From Lingula anatina (taxonomy: Eukaryota; Animalia; Brachiopoda), in the NCBI GenBank assembly GCA_051362555.1, contig CM120646.1:24180001-24244000 (forward strand): 64,000 nt of DNA, in the 5' to 3' direction. Below the pieces are notes generated by a model, which saw nothing but the letters and a program-made list of their open reading frames with translations, made no database searches and had not been told where the DNA came from. The position numbers and the translations under genes were made by a program. Below are positions 1 to 14,900 of this stretch, piece by piece (within the stretch, counting starts at the first letter, position 1; every line of letters starts with the position of its first letter).

Positions 1-413
1 GTTTATGAACACATTTAATTAAACCACCTGTGAGTCAGGCAGTCAAGTACTCTGTTAATCACTTTAAAATTCCTTGAAGGGGGGGTCCTAAATAGTTTCA
101 GAATTGGTCAATTTCTTTACGACTTAAAATTGGATAATCCGAGCTTACTATAATTCGGAAATAACATGGGTTTGAGACGATGTTGAGTCATTTTATCAGT
201 TAACCAGGATGAGCTGATTAAGATAAGCCGTGTGATTTCTTATTATCATTTAAACTGATTTCGAGATGTTAAATCAGTTAGGTTAACAATGACAGAGGCG
301 GTTGAAGACAATAATCAAAACAAAAACTACATTATTGAGCCACATTATTGAGCAGATTGAATTCTACTAAAATAAATTCGTGATGGCAAGGTGTCTACAA
401 GAGTCTATACAGA

Positions 414-458
414 CCCCCCTCCCCCCTCCCTCCCCCCCCCCCCCCCCCCCCCCCCCCC
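414..458. repeat. poly-C tract
   Basis: Nearly pure C run seen directly; it explains the poly-Pro ORF 380..628. Confidence 0.9.
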
Positions 459-2221
459 GGCAGACGTCGGAAAGTCACTTTGCTGAAGATCAATTAAAGC
501 CAAAGTCAGCAAACATCATATCTGACCCGGTACACATCACCCAACAGCATAAAACATACCGACAACGAGATCGAATCCTTGTAATGCAACATTCTTTTCT
601 TGTCAAATATTGTGCCAGAGTGTTGTGAATGGACGAAGTTGTTCTAGGATGCCGAGCTAGTCACGCACCAGCAGCCGTATGTAACAGCAGGGCAGAGGTC
701 GCCCTACACCCCCCCTGGCACTAACACAGAGAAATAAACACAAAGTTGGAGAATAAATTACTGGTGCCTTTAGCCGGTATTATCTGATACTCCTTTTATT
801 GTGTTTGCTTACCGTAAAATATTTTCTGGGGTATCAGCGTTTTACCTCGAAGACAATGCAAAACTGTTCACCTTCCACTTGCTCACCAACCGAAATGTTT
901 GACCAACTTTCTACAGCCCTACATAGCGTTTCAGGAAAAAATACTACCGTATCTTCTGGTGACTCCCTTCTTAAATCAAATATTGTTCAATTCTGCCTTT
1001 CCGATTAATAACTCTTTAAACACTCCATAACTTATTAAAACATGAAAAAATAAGCAGCTAAAAGGATGAAATGTTCTGTACTAAGCCATGCATTTCCACC
1101 CTGCACGCCAAGCTTTACCTGAGCCGCGGCATCCTGACTAGAAAACACTGCACGTGGTCACGTACCACGATGACACGTACGTCACCTGCAGTCACGGCAT
1201 TTGTTTTCTCGAGCTGACCATGATGACAAGTAACCGTCTGCTTCAGTGTCCAGCATAAGGTGACCACTAGTGACTGATTAAAACCTTTACCTGTATGTAT
1301 TTAAGAGAGGAGGACGTTCACAGAGCCTAAGGTGTTCATGTTGACTTTCCTATAAACATTTTAACAAGTACCAAACTATGTTCAGCATGTTACCCCCAAG
1401 ACAATGATTGGGGGAGCAAATACCGATTGCATTACCCCGCGTCACTTACATTTCACATATTTGACTAGTTCTGCCACTATTGACCCCCTCGTCCTAATCA
1501 CCCCGAGTAAGATCAATTTTCGCGGGCAATCGGCAAATATTTGAACGCTTAATGTCGATTACAACTCGGCAAGGAGGGAAGAGTACATATTAGTCTCGGT
1601 TCTAACGTGAATCAGAATTCGTAAGCGCTTACGTAACACAGTCCATTCCAAACAGCACTATTTGGCTACATGAATTCACTTGAGAGGTTGATAATTGGGG
1701 AGATGTCTGCGGAAACACACGGCGTTTACTCCTCCAGGTCTACACAGTGACAGGAGGCAGATTCGGCGCAGTTAATCACGCCGTCTGAACGCACTTAGTC
1801 CCGCGGTGTTATTATAAACGCCAAATCCTGTAAATTGATTCTTTATTACTCCCGTCAATATTAGCCTATTCTGCGGTTAATGACCACTATATTGTACCTT
1901 CAAATGTAAGTTTGTAATTTATACACATATGTCAATTTAGTAGAGACCCTATAACATGTATCTGTATACGGTTTATGTCTAATAAAGTACATTTATTATT
2001 ATTATTATTATTATATTAAAATATTGCGTTTACTGAGACTTTATTTAGTCCCAAGCAGCACGTGGAAGATGCTAAGGAAGATGCTAATTAAATGTAAGAA
2101 AAATTAGGATGAAGCTAATAATGGGAAAGCATACAGCTTACTGGGACTATATGGCAGTTGATATAGTAAGGTGAATACTTTTATCACCATTTCTACTACT
2201 TCTTATTGATTTTATGACAGC

Positions 2222-2470
2222 GGATAGATCCGCAGGAATTGTAATTGTCATCTCGATCGGAAAATATCTTCTACTCGTTGACGGCTTTTCAAGATGCTAT
2301 TTCCCCAATAAAGATAATCAAAGTCAGGTTTGAATAATCCTGTTTCAAGATATGATACTTGATTTTGATATATTACAAACAACCCTCCTACATCTCCCAA
2401 TAAACTTAAGAGATTTCTAACTACGATGACAATGCAGGCGTCCCAAATCACACCTCTGTACACTCCACTA
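2222..2470 (-). mobile_element. possible highly decayed LINE (CR1/L2-like) ORF2 fragment
   Basis: Minus-strand translation YRGVIWDAC resembles the EY..vvWd.c motif found downstream of the RT domain in CR1/L2 elements. Very degenerate. Confidence 0.3.
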
Positions 2471-2669
2471 GTCCGTTATCATTAGTGAGTACCTCTTGTA
2501 GACATCACTCACCCCGGTCATAACAGGTTGTAAAGATGGGATTTATAAGCGTCATATATGTCCGCAACGTCGCCCTCCGACCAGTTGATATGGATGGTGG
2601 GGAGAGAATTTATTAGTGTCATATATACCCTCAATGTCACCCTACGACCAGTTCATATGGGAGAGAATT

Positions 2670-3000
2670 TAGGAGGAGAGGAGACGAGAGCGGGAGAGGG
2701 GCGGGGACGGGGACGGAGGGGGAGAGGAGAGGGGGAGAGGGACGGGGGTGGAGGGAGAGAGGAGAGGGGCGGAGACGGGGGCGGAGGGGGAGAGGAGAGG
2801 GGGAGAGGGACGGGGGCGGAGGGGGAGAGGAGAGGGGGAGAGGGACGGGGGGGAGAGGTGGAGGGGGAGAGGAGAGGAGAGGGGGACGGGGGTGGAGGGG
2901 GAGAGGAGAGGAGAGGGGGAGAGGGACGGGGGTGGAGGGGGTGGAAGGTAGGAGGAGAGAGGGGCGGGGAGGAGGGGGGAGTAAAAGGTGGGGAGGAGGA
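2670..3000 (+). repeat. G/A-rich imperfect minisatellite
   Basis: Repeated GGGGGAGAGGAGAGGGGGAGAGGGACGGGGG(C/T)GGA-like units; they produce the spurious Gly/Glu/Arg and Pro-rich ORFs. Confidence 0.9.
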
Positions 3001-3601
3001 AGCATGTTATTTAACACACTCAAAGCGGCATTTTAATCATTCCTACCGTCTTCGAGTAGGTCATAATGCTTGACGAAGCGTTTTTGAATAATTAGGAATT
3101 ACACACACTGGGCGAGGCTCAAGTTTCAACTATAACCAACCCATAATCATGTAAGTGCATGCGACTAACATTCCAGCTTCTTTAGAATTCCCTTTACCGA
3201 TTGCCCAAACGTGATTTGTTTTAAAAATTATAGCATTGATTTGAATCAATGTGGTTCACATAAGCAATTGCAATGTTACTTTTTTTTTTACTAAAGCCTT
3301 TTGGTATCTACTTTTAGACAAATTATTTCAGACTACTTCAAATGACGATTAACCAATATTAGTAAAATTTAATGAAATATAATGCCTATTTTGTAAAAAA
3401 AGAAATCGTTTATGTTTTTGTCAAAATGATATTTAATAAAGCAGACATGTTTATCCTGTTTTTAACTTAAAAATTAAGTGGACTGATTTCTTTGAATTAA
3501 TGTCAGATTGAGAAGTAAGTAAACAAAAAAATAAATAAATAAATAAATAAATAAAGACACGTAGGTCAATAACATGACATGGCTGGATTATTCGCAATAT
3601 G

Positions 3602-3700
3602 TAAAAAGTATCCTCTAGTAAAAGTAGTAAAAAGTATCCTCTAGTAAAAGTAGTAAAAAGTATCCTATAATAAAAGTAGTAAAAAGTATCCTGTAGTAAC
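3602..3700. repeat. 26-bp tandem repeat, ~4 copies
   Basis: AAAAAGTATCCTCTAGTAAAAGTAGT repeated. Confidence 0.85.
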
Positions 3701-5283
3701 TACAGTGTAAAGCATCAGAATGACGCTCTTTTCTCGGCTGTTAATGCGAGGTTTTTCTTTGTAAAACTACACTGTGAGTCAGACAATAAAGGAAAACTAT
3801 ATAGCCCAAAGTGAGGGACGAAAACCCCGACCATTTTCATTTTCTGCACTTTGTCAATCAAGTGTTGTTTAAAAAATATGAATGTGTTCAAACATACCTT
3901 TCAGTGGACTGGGAAATTCCCGATGGACGTTTTCGGTGTGAATCGCTTATTTCCACGTGTCTCTATACCTCTTTCATCGTGACGCTATGCCACGCTCTAC
4001 GTGGACTGTCCCAATGCTGTCCGAAAGGCAACTAAATAACTAACCGGCTTTTAACCAACATCTGTGCGTTCCTATTGTGAATCATTTAACAAACAAGGCA
4101 AGTGTACACCACTGCGCTTTGTTAAGTGTGAATTCCAGACACATGGGTGAGAATACACCGCTGTCGCTAATCCCGCAATAAAAACAGCCACATGAATAGG
4201 AACGTCCGCCCCAGTGCTGTGAAAGCCACTCTAGCTAGTTACGCCTTTGTCTTGGGGAGCTAATCTCATACAGCGCGAATACGGCACGGACAACAGGCAG
4301 CGACAGCCAAGTCAACATGAACCTCAATAGAAAGCATTATTTCCAAATTAGCCTCAAATTAGGTTTGTTGCTTTGCCACCTATTGATAGAAGCCTCTTTC
4401 ACGGGCAATATGCTCTCTTCTCGCCAGTGTCTCGGCCTGTTTGTCAAGCCCTAGGGGAACCGTTACTCTCACCGTACTATGTGTGACCGTGTGAACGACA
4501 TGTTTGGAACAACGTTCCAATGAACTCGAAGAACTTATGTGAAAAAATTTTTACCATTACCGCTATCATCTTGACAAGATGTGAAAATCTGTTATTGTGA
4601 AACTTACATCAGTAAAATAAATACTTTTTTTAATAAGAAAATCATTATTATAAAGTGTGGAGAGATAGTTAATGTAAACGTTTACCTTGCAAAGGAAAAA
4701 CAACCTTATATACTAATACGCAGAGAGGAAATAGTGTGAAAATGTACTACAAGCGCAGGAAACGTTATAAAGAAGTGAGAGTAAAAGTGCGCATGTTAAC
4801 CCACCTGTTGCCGAGATCGAGCTGCGGTTTACGTGCCCAGGCAGCGGCTCTCGGCTGCTTGCATTTTATAACATCAACAAAACCCGGGTGCAGGGCTACA
4901 AATCAATGTTTGTAAATCCAAACCAGGTCGTGGAGGGGTTGGTTGGAATTTATTTGATAGTTTCCAGCGTCTTTTTTGGTGTAGAGTTAACAAAATACCC
5001 TCTCAGTGTAGAATAACATAAATGTAAACAGGTGGGCCAAACGGAGACTCTATTACAGTCAGCTGGCAGGGCGAATATTTTGGTAATTTCTATATGCGGT
5101 GGAATTTTGTTGATTCAATAATGCGGTATAGTTTCGCGATCACAGCAATGAATTGATGCCAGTATCTGGTTTTTCTTTCTCAATTCTGGAATGTGTTTTG
5201 AGTAGCTTGTTTGCTAAATACTGCTTTTACTTGTCGATATTTTGCCAACTTTTCTTTCACAGAATAGTGCTTTCCATTGCAAA

Positions 5284-5284
<1 letters not shown>

Positions 5285-5322
<38 letters not shown>

Positions 5323-5323
5323 T

Positions 5324-5352
<29 letters not shown>
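5285..5352. repeat. (TG)n(GA)n compound microsatellite
   Basis: Seen directly. Confidence 0.95.
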
Positions 5353-5355
<3 letters not shown>

Positions 5356-8300
5356 AAAAAGGCGGCAATCAAATAGACAGTGATATATACATAGGGTTGA
5401 CTAAAATAAATAAAATATTTATAAAACTTTATTATCTCCAACAAACCAGAAAATAGCGTAGGCCGGTCAGTTTATGCCCAGTCGTTACCTTCAAGGTAAG
5501 TGGACTTTACTGGGACTTACGTCTATATAAGATACATAGTGGTAAAAACATGAGATGTTACGGAGGAGGGTTGTCCGTTTTCACAGGACAAAATGTGACA
5601 AATAGCTCTTACCCAGAGGCCTCTGTATCCTCGGCAGCCTTGGGAAGAAAGATAACATCACAACACACTAAGACAATCTCACAGTGTGCATCACTTCGTC
5701 TTTTACTTTATTATGTGAAATCATTTTTCAAAATTTTAAACTAAAAGGTTCAGCAGTTCTTTTTTTTATTATCCAAATCAAAATAAAAAATAACTAAGAA
5801 GGAAGGGAAACTGGACCAAGAGAAGATTTCACTTGTAACGTAAAATAAATCTCAGATGCAACTCGTGTGCCTTACCTTTGAATCTGTTAAGTCTGGTGAT
5901 GCATGTTAAAATTCACAACAACTAGTTCCTAACACACTTAACGTATTGAATTTAAACCTCAAATGGTCTAGACTGAAACAATTGCACATGAAAAGCGTCC
6001 AAGCGAGTAACATTACAAGGGCGGTCCGCCATTTGTGGGGTTTATTAACGGCCCCTACCTCCCTGTTTTAACAAGTTTCAACTGAGTATTTCTGTTCAAG
6101 TGAAATAGTTATTATTAAAACAAAGGTAAAGCAGGCTAAAATGCATTTTTTTTTACTTTTCAATCCCTGTTATGTCGTAAGGAAAGTCCAGTGTTGAAAA
6201 CCTGACTTCTGACTACATCCGGGCTCTGACAGCCGCTCTGCCCTCTGAGCCTAAACGACACCACAACAGCTACAAAACTGTCAGACTGCAACTGAAGCGT
6301 CTCCGCTCTTACTTCACACACTGAGCGGTGATAAACCCATGATTATATATTGTAAATCTACTTTGAAAGTGTGAACTGAAGTCTTTGGCAATTGTAAACA
6401 GCAATGATTACCAGAAAGCCAAATTCAAGAAGCCAACAGACACACGGGGTTTCACATAACATGAAAATAATTAAACAGAACATGAAGAGGGAATACCCCA
6501 GAGGACAGCAATGCAGACGGTGAACTTTCAAATGCTGTCTTTGCTGTTGACAGCCCTATTCGCGTAACATTGTATTCAATACAGAGGGGCGTTCATGTCC
6601 CTTAATTGCTGTTAATATACATGTTGTTATTTATAACTGTTGTTAATATACGTACATTTGTCCATCACTTCCACTGCAGTTGTCACGTGTCCTCGTCTTC
6701 ACGCCGACATCCCGCTGGTACGCTTCACGACATTAGACCCAGCTTATAAAACAACTGTGCGTTCTTTTTAACTACTCCCCACTTAGTAGTAGTGCCCTCT
6801 TGCAGACTAACCTTCTTAACACGACCACTTGAACCAGAATGCCTGCACGCTGCTCTTTTCACACCTAAAGCATTCGCAGCACTGTTCTCAGTCTTCACAT
6901 TTGAAGACGACGGAGAGAGCTATACACTCTGGTTAGTGATAACTACACCCAGTGTCCTATGGCACCTCAGGTGTACTAACATAACGGTCACATGGGACAT
7001 TTGGTAGTAGTTCACTGTTGTGTGTCTGTGTGTTTTGTCAGAATCGTTAAACGCACATAATTTAAAAATTACTTCACAAGATAAGATAAACGTGGTATCT
7101 GCATCTAAAACTGACCTCTTACATGACATAAAGATTGCACGTCAAACCCCACATCCCCCCTTCCCCATAGCTTAATTTGTATAACTGTCCTCATTGTAAG
7201 TAGGCACTTAAAACACTTTAAAGGAAGACAATATTAAAGAAATTTCTAACGCTATTAGTTGTATACCGTAAAATATCATCATCCCCACGGTCCAAGGTAT
7301 TTTATTTTCTTAACGCTCCGCGTGAGTGCTTTTCTTTTCTTTAGAGATTAACAGGGTACAGGGTTAACGTCTAGCAATACAGAGGTGTGAAATTTAAACG
7401 CCCTATCAAGTTTTAATAAGTACAGAAGACTTGAAAAGAACGAATGATTAAGGGTTTAGAGAATGTGGAATTTGATAGCATTACTATATACTATATAGCG
7501 AACTAGTAAAAGGCATAGCTCGTTGAATAAAATGTTTTCTATGCATTAACTACGTGGTGGTGTAAGCAACGTATGACGGGATCATAATAATTATATACCC
7601 ATTACCAGGGTGGCACATTATATGGGGAAAAATGGAAAGAGCCAAATGACTGTCTATTTATCTAGAGACATATCTGTGAATATCTGTGAAAAATCAATCT
7701 GTCCCCCTGGTAGAGGGTAATTATTATACATCTTTCATAGAAAAGCGGCCAAGGGTAATCTTTTTCCTGCTCAGTGAAAATCATTTTTCTGTAAACGAAC
7801 CCAATCCATTACTTGTATCATACAAAGGACAAATTGAAGAGCATATGACGAACTCACAGAGGAGACAGTGACGTGACTACAGTTGTGTGCGTTATTTTAT
7901 AAAAACCAATTGTAATCGAATGTACCAGATGCAAATATTCATAATAACTTTCAGACAAATATAAGATGCATTTCTACTGACTGGAAACACAAGACATTAG
8001 AATTCTTACTCCAGTATAAACATGCCTCAGTACCGTGATCAGAAGTAACCTCAATATTATGCAACAACAGTATTTTCATTTCCTGAAATAAGATTGTCCC
8101 CCAAATCTGTCGCTCCGGGTGTTGAAACGTTGATGAAGAGCGATCTGCGATCTTAAATGTAATTCCAATCACATACTGAATATCAAAGCGTCAGCTGCCC
8201 AGGTGGGGAACACGTATAACTCGGGTTATTATGTAAACTCTCCTTCCTCTCACTGTTTAACGTCTTTCCTCCATGTAAATACAACATCATCAAGCATGCT

Positions 8301-11300
8301 CCATCCCCCCCCCCCCCAAAAAAAAAAAAAAAAACTGATCAAGGGTGAAAATATGAACTATGTCAAACCTACCTTGTAAAACCTCCGGTTGAATTCTTGT
8401 TCTCAGTTCTTATTTAAGGTCAACTCTCTTATGTTCTGGTAAAGCTCTGTAAAACAAGAAATATCAACTTTAGAGTGGATGGCTGCCACTGTAGAAAGCT
8501 CAATCTTAAAATAAAAGAAATGTACGGACCGATATTTCATATTCTAAACACCAGCTCGGTCACCTGCTTCACCTCAGTCTTAATACTTTCATTTTCCTAA
8601 ATCCTCTTCACTCTAAAATGACTCAAATGATCAAAGGTCGCTTGACATTCAATAGCAATTAAAAGATATGTTGGAGTAAAATGGACAGAAATCTCTGCAC
8701 GCGGTATTTCGGGTCACAGCGGGATGACGAGGTGACAGAGACAGACAAGTTAACAGCTACGTCAGAGGTAAAGGTGCCAAGTACCTCAAATAACACCAGT
8801 TAGTTGTGGATAAGAGGGGCATCCTAGCGCCGCACGGAGAGTAGACAAGTCGAATTTTTTGCCGTTTTAAATCTTATCACTACAGTGCTGGCAAATACGA
8901 CACCCTGCCGACGCTCTCAAGCGCGTCTGTGGTCTTTGTGTCGATTATTTCAGAATTCTTCTCTGCGACATCGGGTTACCAGTGAACTAAGATCAAATAG
9001 TCACCTAAGTGGCCTGTTCATGCTATCTGGTGTCGTAGCAATTACCAAGTTGACTGATTCTTTATTTCTCAAATTTTAGATGCACAAGAAATATCTTACA
9101 GTTAGTAATATTGAATGTTCAATAAATATTTAGAATGTCATGTTCAACTCTTCAAGTGAAAATTTCACAAAGGCCCCTATTTACTTTATGATTATCGTTT
9201 TGAGATGTTCACAGTCAATTATTTATCAGTATCAAATATTTGAACACAAGTTCAATTGCTCAGATCTAAATACATGGCATCCCGAAGCATCAGTACTGTT
9301 TTGACAAAAAAAGCCAAAGAACTCACCTAGGAGAGAAACTTAACAGCTGACCAATTGCTACTGGACGCTTGCGGATCGCACCAGCATTCTGTCCAGTTTA
9401 CGCTTTTTTTAGCCCAGACAGCTATTTTCTGACCAGCCAGGTATTTTCGCAACTTTTGCCAAAACATTGCCATCATTTTCCATCACGCCATGGCGAAGAG
9501 GACAACCCCTTCCTGATATGTGCTAAAATGCCAGCGACATGCCCTTGTTATGTCAAACAACAAACTTTCTTAAGTGAGTTCATACAAAGCCAAATAAGCT
9601 GAATCGTTGACCAACGTGACGTCATAGAGATTAAGACCAACATTATCGACCAATTGATTTAATCTGATCGGATTTATAATCCGGGTAATACTGGAAGCGT
9701 TCAAACTAAAGCCCGGAGCGCAACCAGGGCTATTAGCTGAGTTACCCACATAAGGAAAAAGAATACTAAAATTAATATTAGACGCGTTTGCCTCCAGTGC
9801 CCTAAAAATGTTATCAAAATGAAGTGAGCGACCTGAGCAGCCATGTTGGAGTCGGTAACTCAACTTCCATCTCCGAGTGTTAACTGTTATACGCAGTTTC
9901 ATGAACACAGGGTAACTCCACTTATTTAACTCTATATCAGTTCGCTTACTGTCTGCTTGTCAGTGGAGTATACACTGCTATAAAATATCAATACAATCAA
10001 ATCAAAACAGCTCACGTGGAAGAAACAAAACACGTTATATCTTAGTCCAAGTTTGTGGTTAAGAGTTGCGCAACGTTGATGTTGTACTCAGTGCATTACC
10101 TTTCACACTGCAGATTATTATTTATGATCAAAATTAACTCTATTTCACCGTGAGAACCGAACTCCTGCCCAGAAACTCCTGCCCAGTAAGTCCTGACCCG
10201 TAAAGTCCTGCCCAGAAAGCGCCCATCGCATGCGGCATGTACGTTTGTGTCTTTTTTGAGACGGAATCCCCCGCATTTCAGACATATACGAACAAATGTT
10301 AACAAATGTGGATGATATGTTGAACTAGCTAACAATATGTATAATATGCCATGACATTTCTATCTAAATGCCTAAACTAAACATACCTAAATCAAAGTTT
10401 TAGTCAAAGGGGTCGTCAACCCTAACCCCCCCCCCTTTCCATATGTAACCGCCCCATTCCCCATTTCATCCTTGGTTCTTATTGCTGTTGTTCTTAGTTA
10501 AGTATTCGTTTTCTTACTGATGTTGACACAGGTAAGGGTATTACAGAAATATAGTTTAAGGTATTAAAATAAATTGTAAACATTTCGAAAATTGCCTGAT
10601 ATTCCACCGCACCAGACGACCAACTACTCGCTAACTTGGTCTGTCTTGTGACAGTGAAGAAACCGTCGGGGAAAACAACCAGTTACACCAGTACACTGGA
10701 TATTGGACAATTTGTTGTAAAGGGAATGGTATTGTTCCAAAACAAATGTTGACAAACTTTCAATGAATAAAGGAACTATGTTTTGTCTGCGATGCGACCT
10801 AAATTACCGCTCCTCCTGGATATGATGACAGTTTCTTTACAGAGGAGATAACAATGATATTCAAATGCCACACACAATTTCAACACACTATTGTCAATAT
10901 TGTGTTTACTTTCTAGATCGATCTTTGTCGACGACTGGTGAGTGGCACCGTTCTTTTTTTTTTTTTTTTTCGCTAACGTAGAATTGGCGCTTGCCGTGAA
11001 CAAATACAGAATTTAACCAAGTGATACAGATCTGTCCATGAACGTCCTTAGTCTGATACTAATATGATACTCATATGGTAATTCTGGTGATAGAAAAGAT
11101 AAATTTCTTGTTTAATTTAACCCACTCAAACATATCTGTCCATAAAAGTCTTTATTCGAACAGTGCGAATTTGGCATCATATCCGAGTTTTCTTTTTTCT
11201 CCACAATTTAATATACAAGATTTCGGTTTTACGAACTGACTCAGTTTCGTATTTTACCACTGAGTATTAAAAATCCAGTATTCACATTGACATTAAAGCT

Positions 11301-11740
11301 TACATTACGAAACTGACATTTTCCCTTTAATCAGAAATGACGAATCACCAATTAATGTAAGCCACGGTATTCAAATATTAAGTCCAAAAATCTTGAGTTT
11401 CCACTGATACCAAAACTCACCACGCTTATTCTGTCTTCTTTCTCTTTCTCTCTCAATCCTCTGTTTTATACACCCCCCCTACACGCACCACTCTGCCAGA
11501 AGCGACTGACATAAACTTCACGTCCGCGTCCCCAGTCTAGAATGGGTCTAAGCCCACAGGTAAAACACTTCACTTACACAATCTTAGCCAAGATCACATT
11601 TGTCTCCCCAAAACAAGGCCTTCCATCAGCCACCCCCCGGGGCTACTGACCTCCTGATACCAATCTCCGGGGGAGGATGCGCCACGTTATCTCACTCGAT
11701 GTGATCAGAGGCCTGCGATTGTCCCGGACTTATCGATCCC

Positions 11741-11944
11741 ATCATTACAGATAGCCGGCTATATCTCTGCCAGTAAACACATCATTACAGATAGCCGGCT
11801 ATATCTCTGCCAGTAAACACATCATTACAGATAGCCGGCTATATCTCTGCCAGTAAACACATCATTACAGATAGCCGGCTATATCTCTGCCAGTAAACAC
11901 ATCATTACAGAATAGCCGGCTATCTCTGCCAGCAAACACATCAT
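11741..11944. repeat. 40-bp tandem repeat, ~5 copies
   Basis: ATCATTACAGATAGCCGGCTATATCTCTGCCAGTAAACAC; each unit contains the palindrome ATAGCCGGCTAT. Confidence 0.95.
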
Positions 11945-14900
11945 AGTAATGGTCATTACACTTCAGGTACGGCGTCTGCACATCACATAGTTAAATTATA
12001 ATGACCATGGACTTAGCTATCTTAAGATCATCTATGTACATGTAGAGGTATCCTACGGATCTGAAGAATACCCTCAATACAAGGAGATAGCGGACGGAGC
12101 CCTCCCTCTGTCAGCCTTCGCTCCTATCGTTTCAGAATCAGATATATATTCATGCTGTACAATTTTCCGTGTTTTATCAGAAACGTATCCTAGAGTTATG
12201 TGTATCAAGAGAGATCTATTAAAATAGAATTTGGACATTGCTGTAACTAGCAGTATTTTGTGTGCTGGGGTTATATTGATAGCAAAGCTCTAGGTTGAGC
12301 GTTTTATCGACATAACATGAGCTTTTGGATAAAAGGACGTCGTGTGTTGGATAATATCACAGAATTTTGATGATGTTATCAAGGATCCCCTTCACCTTGG
12401 GGGAACCTGCTCCAATGGTACAATGGAGCAAAACCGCAATATATCTTTTTCTTTGAATCCAAATGCTGTCAGTTATCAAACCATGGTATCGGCATGCGTT
12501 TGTTAAGTATATCTGGTGGAGGTAAACTATTCATTCTAGTGAATGGACTGATCTCCTTTCCCTCCTTTGACATTTTACAATTCAAAGGTGAAAAATATAA
12601 CAATTTGAAAAGCTGGTATTGCGCCTCATTGTTCCTTGGTGCTGGGGAAGCAACACAGTGAATAGGGTCTATATTTAGAGACGGTTTTCCAATCTGTGTC
12701 TGCAGGCAATATTGAGTAACAGAAATTCTAACAAAGGTTCTAATACGTAAAGGAAGGCAAAATCAGACTGCCAGCCACACTGTTTTCCATTTTCAGCACG
12801 CATTATGCATTGACTATACATTCCAATCTAATTAAGCCGCAAACCTACATGTAGGACTCGATAGATTATTACATAATTTTCTTACCTACAAGGTAATCAC
12901 ACTGTTTCTTAATTAATTGTGATGTTCGTAGACGGAAATCGCGTTACACAATGTGGTAAAAATGGCTCACCAGTCCACGGGATTTATATTTTTTCCTTAC
13001 CTCTCTCTCTCTCTCTCTCTCTGTTTGTATGTGTGCGCACGCGCGCGTGTGTGTGTATGTGAGAGAGAGAGAGGGGAAAAAAGGGAGTAGTGAAATAACG
13101 AAATTTTCAATTATAGTGAAAAAATTAATTTTGAGAGCCCTTGACTTCTCTTCTCGCGCTATCTTTCCCTATCTCACTGTAACTCCAAACAGGCATCTTG
13201 AGGTCTCCACGCCTTCAAGTACCACTCAGCCTCCTTGGCGCTCCCTCTGTATGAGCAGGGAGTTGGGGTGGGTGGGGGAGGGGGTGTATACTGGCTGGAG
13301 ATAAGGAGGCTACACATGGTGGTGATAATTGGCGGTATTTAGGAAAGGTCTGAGAACACAGCAAGAACAGTTGTATATGTATACATTATGTTGACATAAA
13401 TATAGTTAGGGTTCGGGTTAGGGCTATCATACCACTCTGTCCGGTGCCGCCCCCCCCCCCCCCCCCCCCTCCAGCTTCGCACTTTATAATAAAGCTTTGC
13501 ACAGTCAGTAGATGAGGTATAACGAACTGTTTAATACAGCCATCCACATACGCAACCGACGTGACACTAAGAATGTATCTTTGTCATCTTTTGGTTTCCT
13601 TGTCAAAATCAATCAGTGTCCGTTCTCTGTAGGGGGTCTAGTCCTCACCGACAGCGTCCATTGTGCTGAACGCCAGTGTTGTGTAACTGTTGCCGCGGCA
13701 CCGCATTGTAGCTGTCACACGTGCGGCGTTGATAACACGTTTCTAAAACGGCAAACAATCCCACCGCCGTAACGCTCTTCAAAGGCAGATGCTACCATTC
13801 TGACGACAGAAAAGATTTTTACTTCGAGGTGCCGTTGTCGTGTGTCATGGATGACTAACCGGTGTTTATCGCATACTGATAACGGAATTAATGGTTAGTT
13901 GGTCTGTAATGGGACACCGTTCACTTTGTCGAGGAGATGCCGCTTTGTAATCATTGCATTTCACGTTGGTGCGAAATCGTTACAGCTGAAATGGCAGCTT
14001 AAGTATGGCCTAAGTTTTCTTTTCATTTCTTTGACTAGTGGTATGACAAAAAAGCAATTTTAATGAGAGAGTTGGTGAAACTTCTATTTTACTGAACTTT
14101 TACTAAATTTCACTTCAACTGTCCAACCTGTTCAGTGGTGCAACATTTCGCTCACAAAAAGACTACAAACCCAGACAAAAGTGAGAATTCCTACTGTAAT
14201 TAAATTACACTATCTGTCTTGACCACGATATTGTTATTTAAACTGCTTATTTTCGTGTCAAATGTAATCAGAATATCATATGAACAACTCTCTTCACAGC
14301 GACAGCGCGCCTGACACGTGTACAACCAATTACAAATGATGTCCACTCCCGTGCCGGTATGAAGACAATGAGATCTTAGGTAACCAGTTAAATCTTCAAA
14401 GACACAGCACAACAAATGAGAGAAGCGGTTCGTTTTACGTCTCATGCAAACCTAGAATTAGTGCATCCTTAATGAACATCTACCTTTGTAGGTTGACGAG
14501 TCCCTGCAATATTCGGATGACACGCTGACAGAGGCAGGTCGTGCCTTCAGAACGCGGAGTGGAGTTTTAACCCCTCCTTCACCCTCCCCCCCCCCCCACC
14601 CACCCACCCACACACACGCACACACACACACTATTACTCGTAAGGGAAGTTGAGAAAGCATGACACACTTCTGGGTATTTTACGGTGCATGAACCCGCCT
14701 ATACTCAACTGCGGCATGCTGCGGCATTACTGATATAAACGTTTGATCTCCAAGATTACAACTAACAAAGTAGAATGCTGACAAGCGTTTGTTCCTCTCT
14801 AAATACACCTCAGTAAGTACTGGTACATGACAAATGTGTCACATACATTAGCCTATATATATAGCGTCATAAGCATGATAACTACAATATTAGTTTCACA

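Noticed and set aside
2558-3073. Gly/Arg/Glu-rich and Pro-rich ORFs
   Set aside because: Artefacts of the G-rich repeat.
9570-9908. 112-aa minus-strand ORF
   Set aside because: No recognisable motif, splice context or compositional support.
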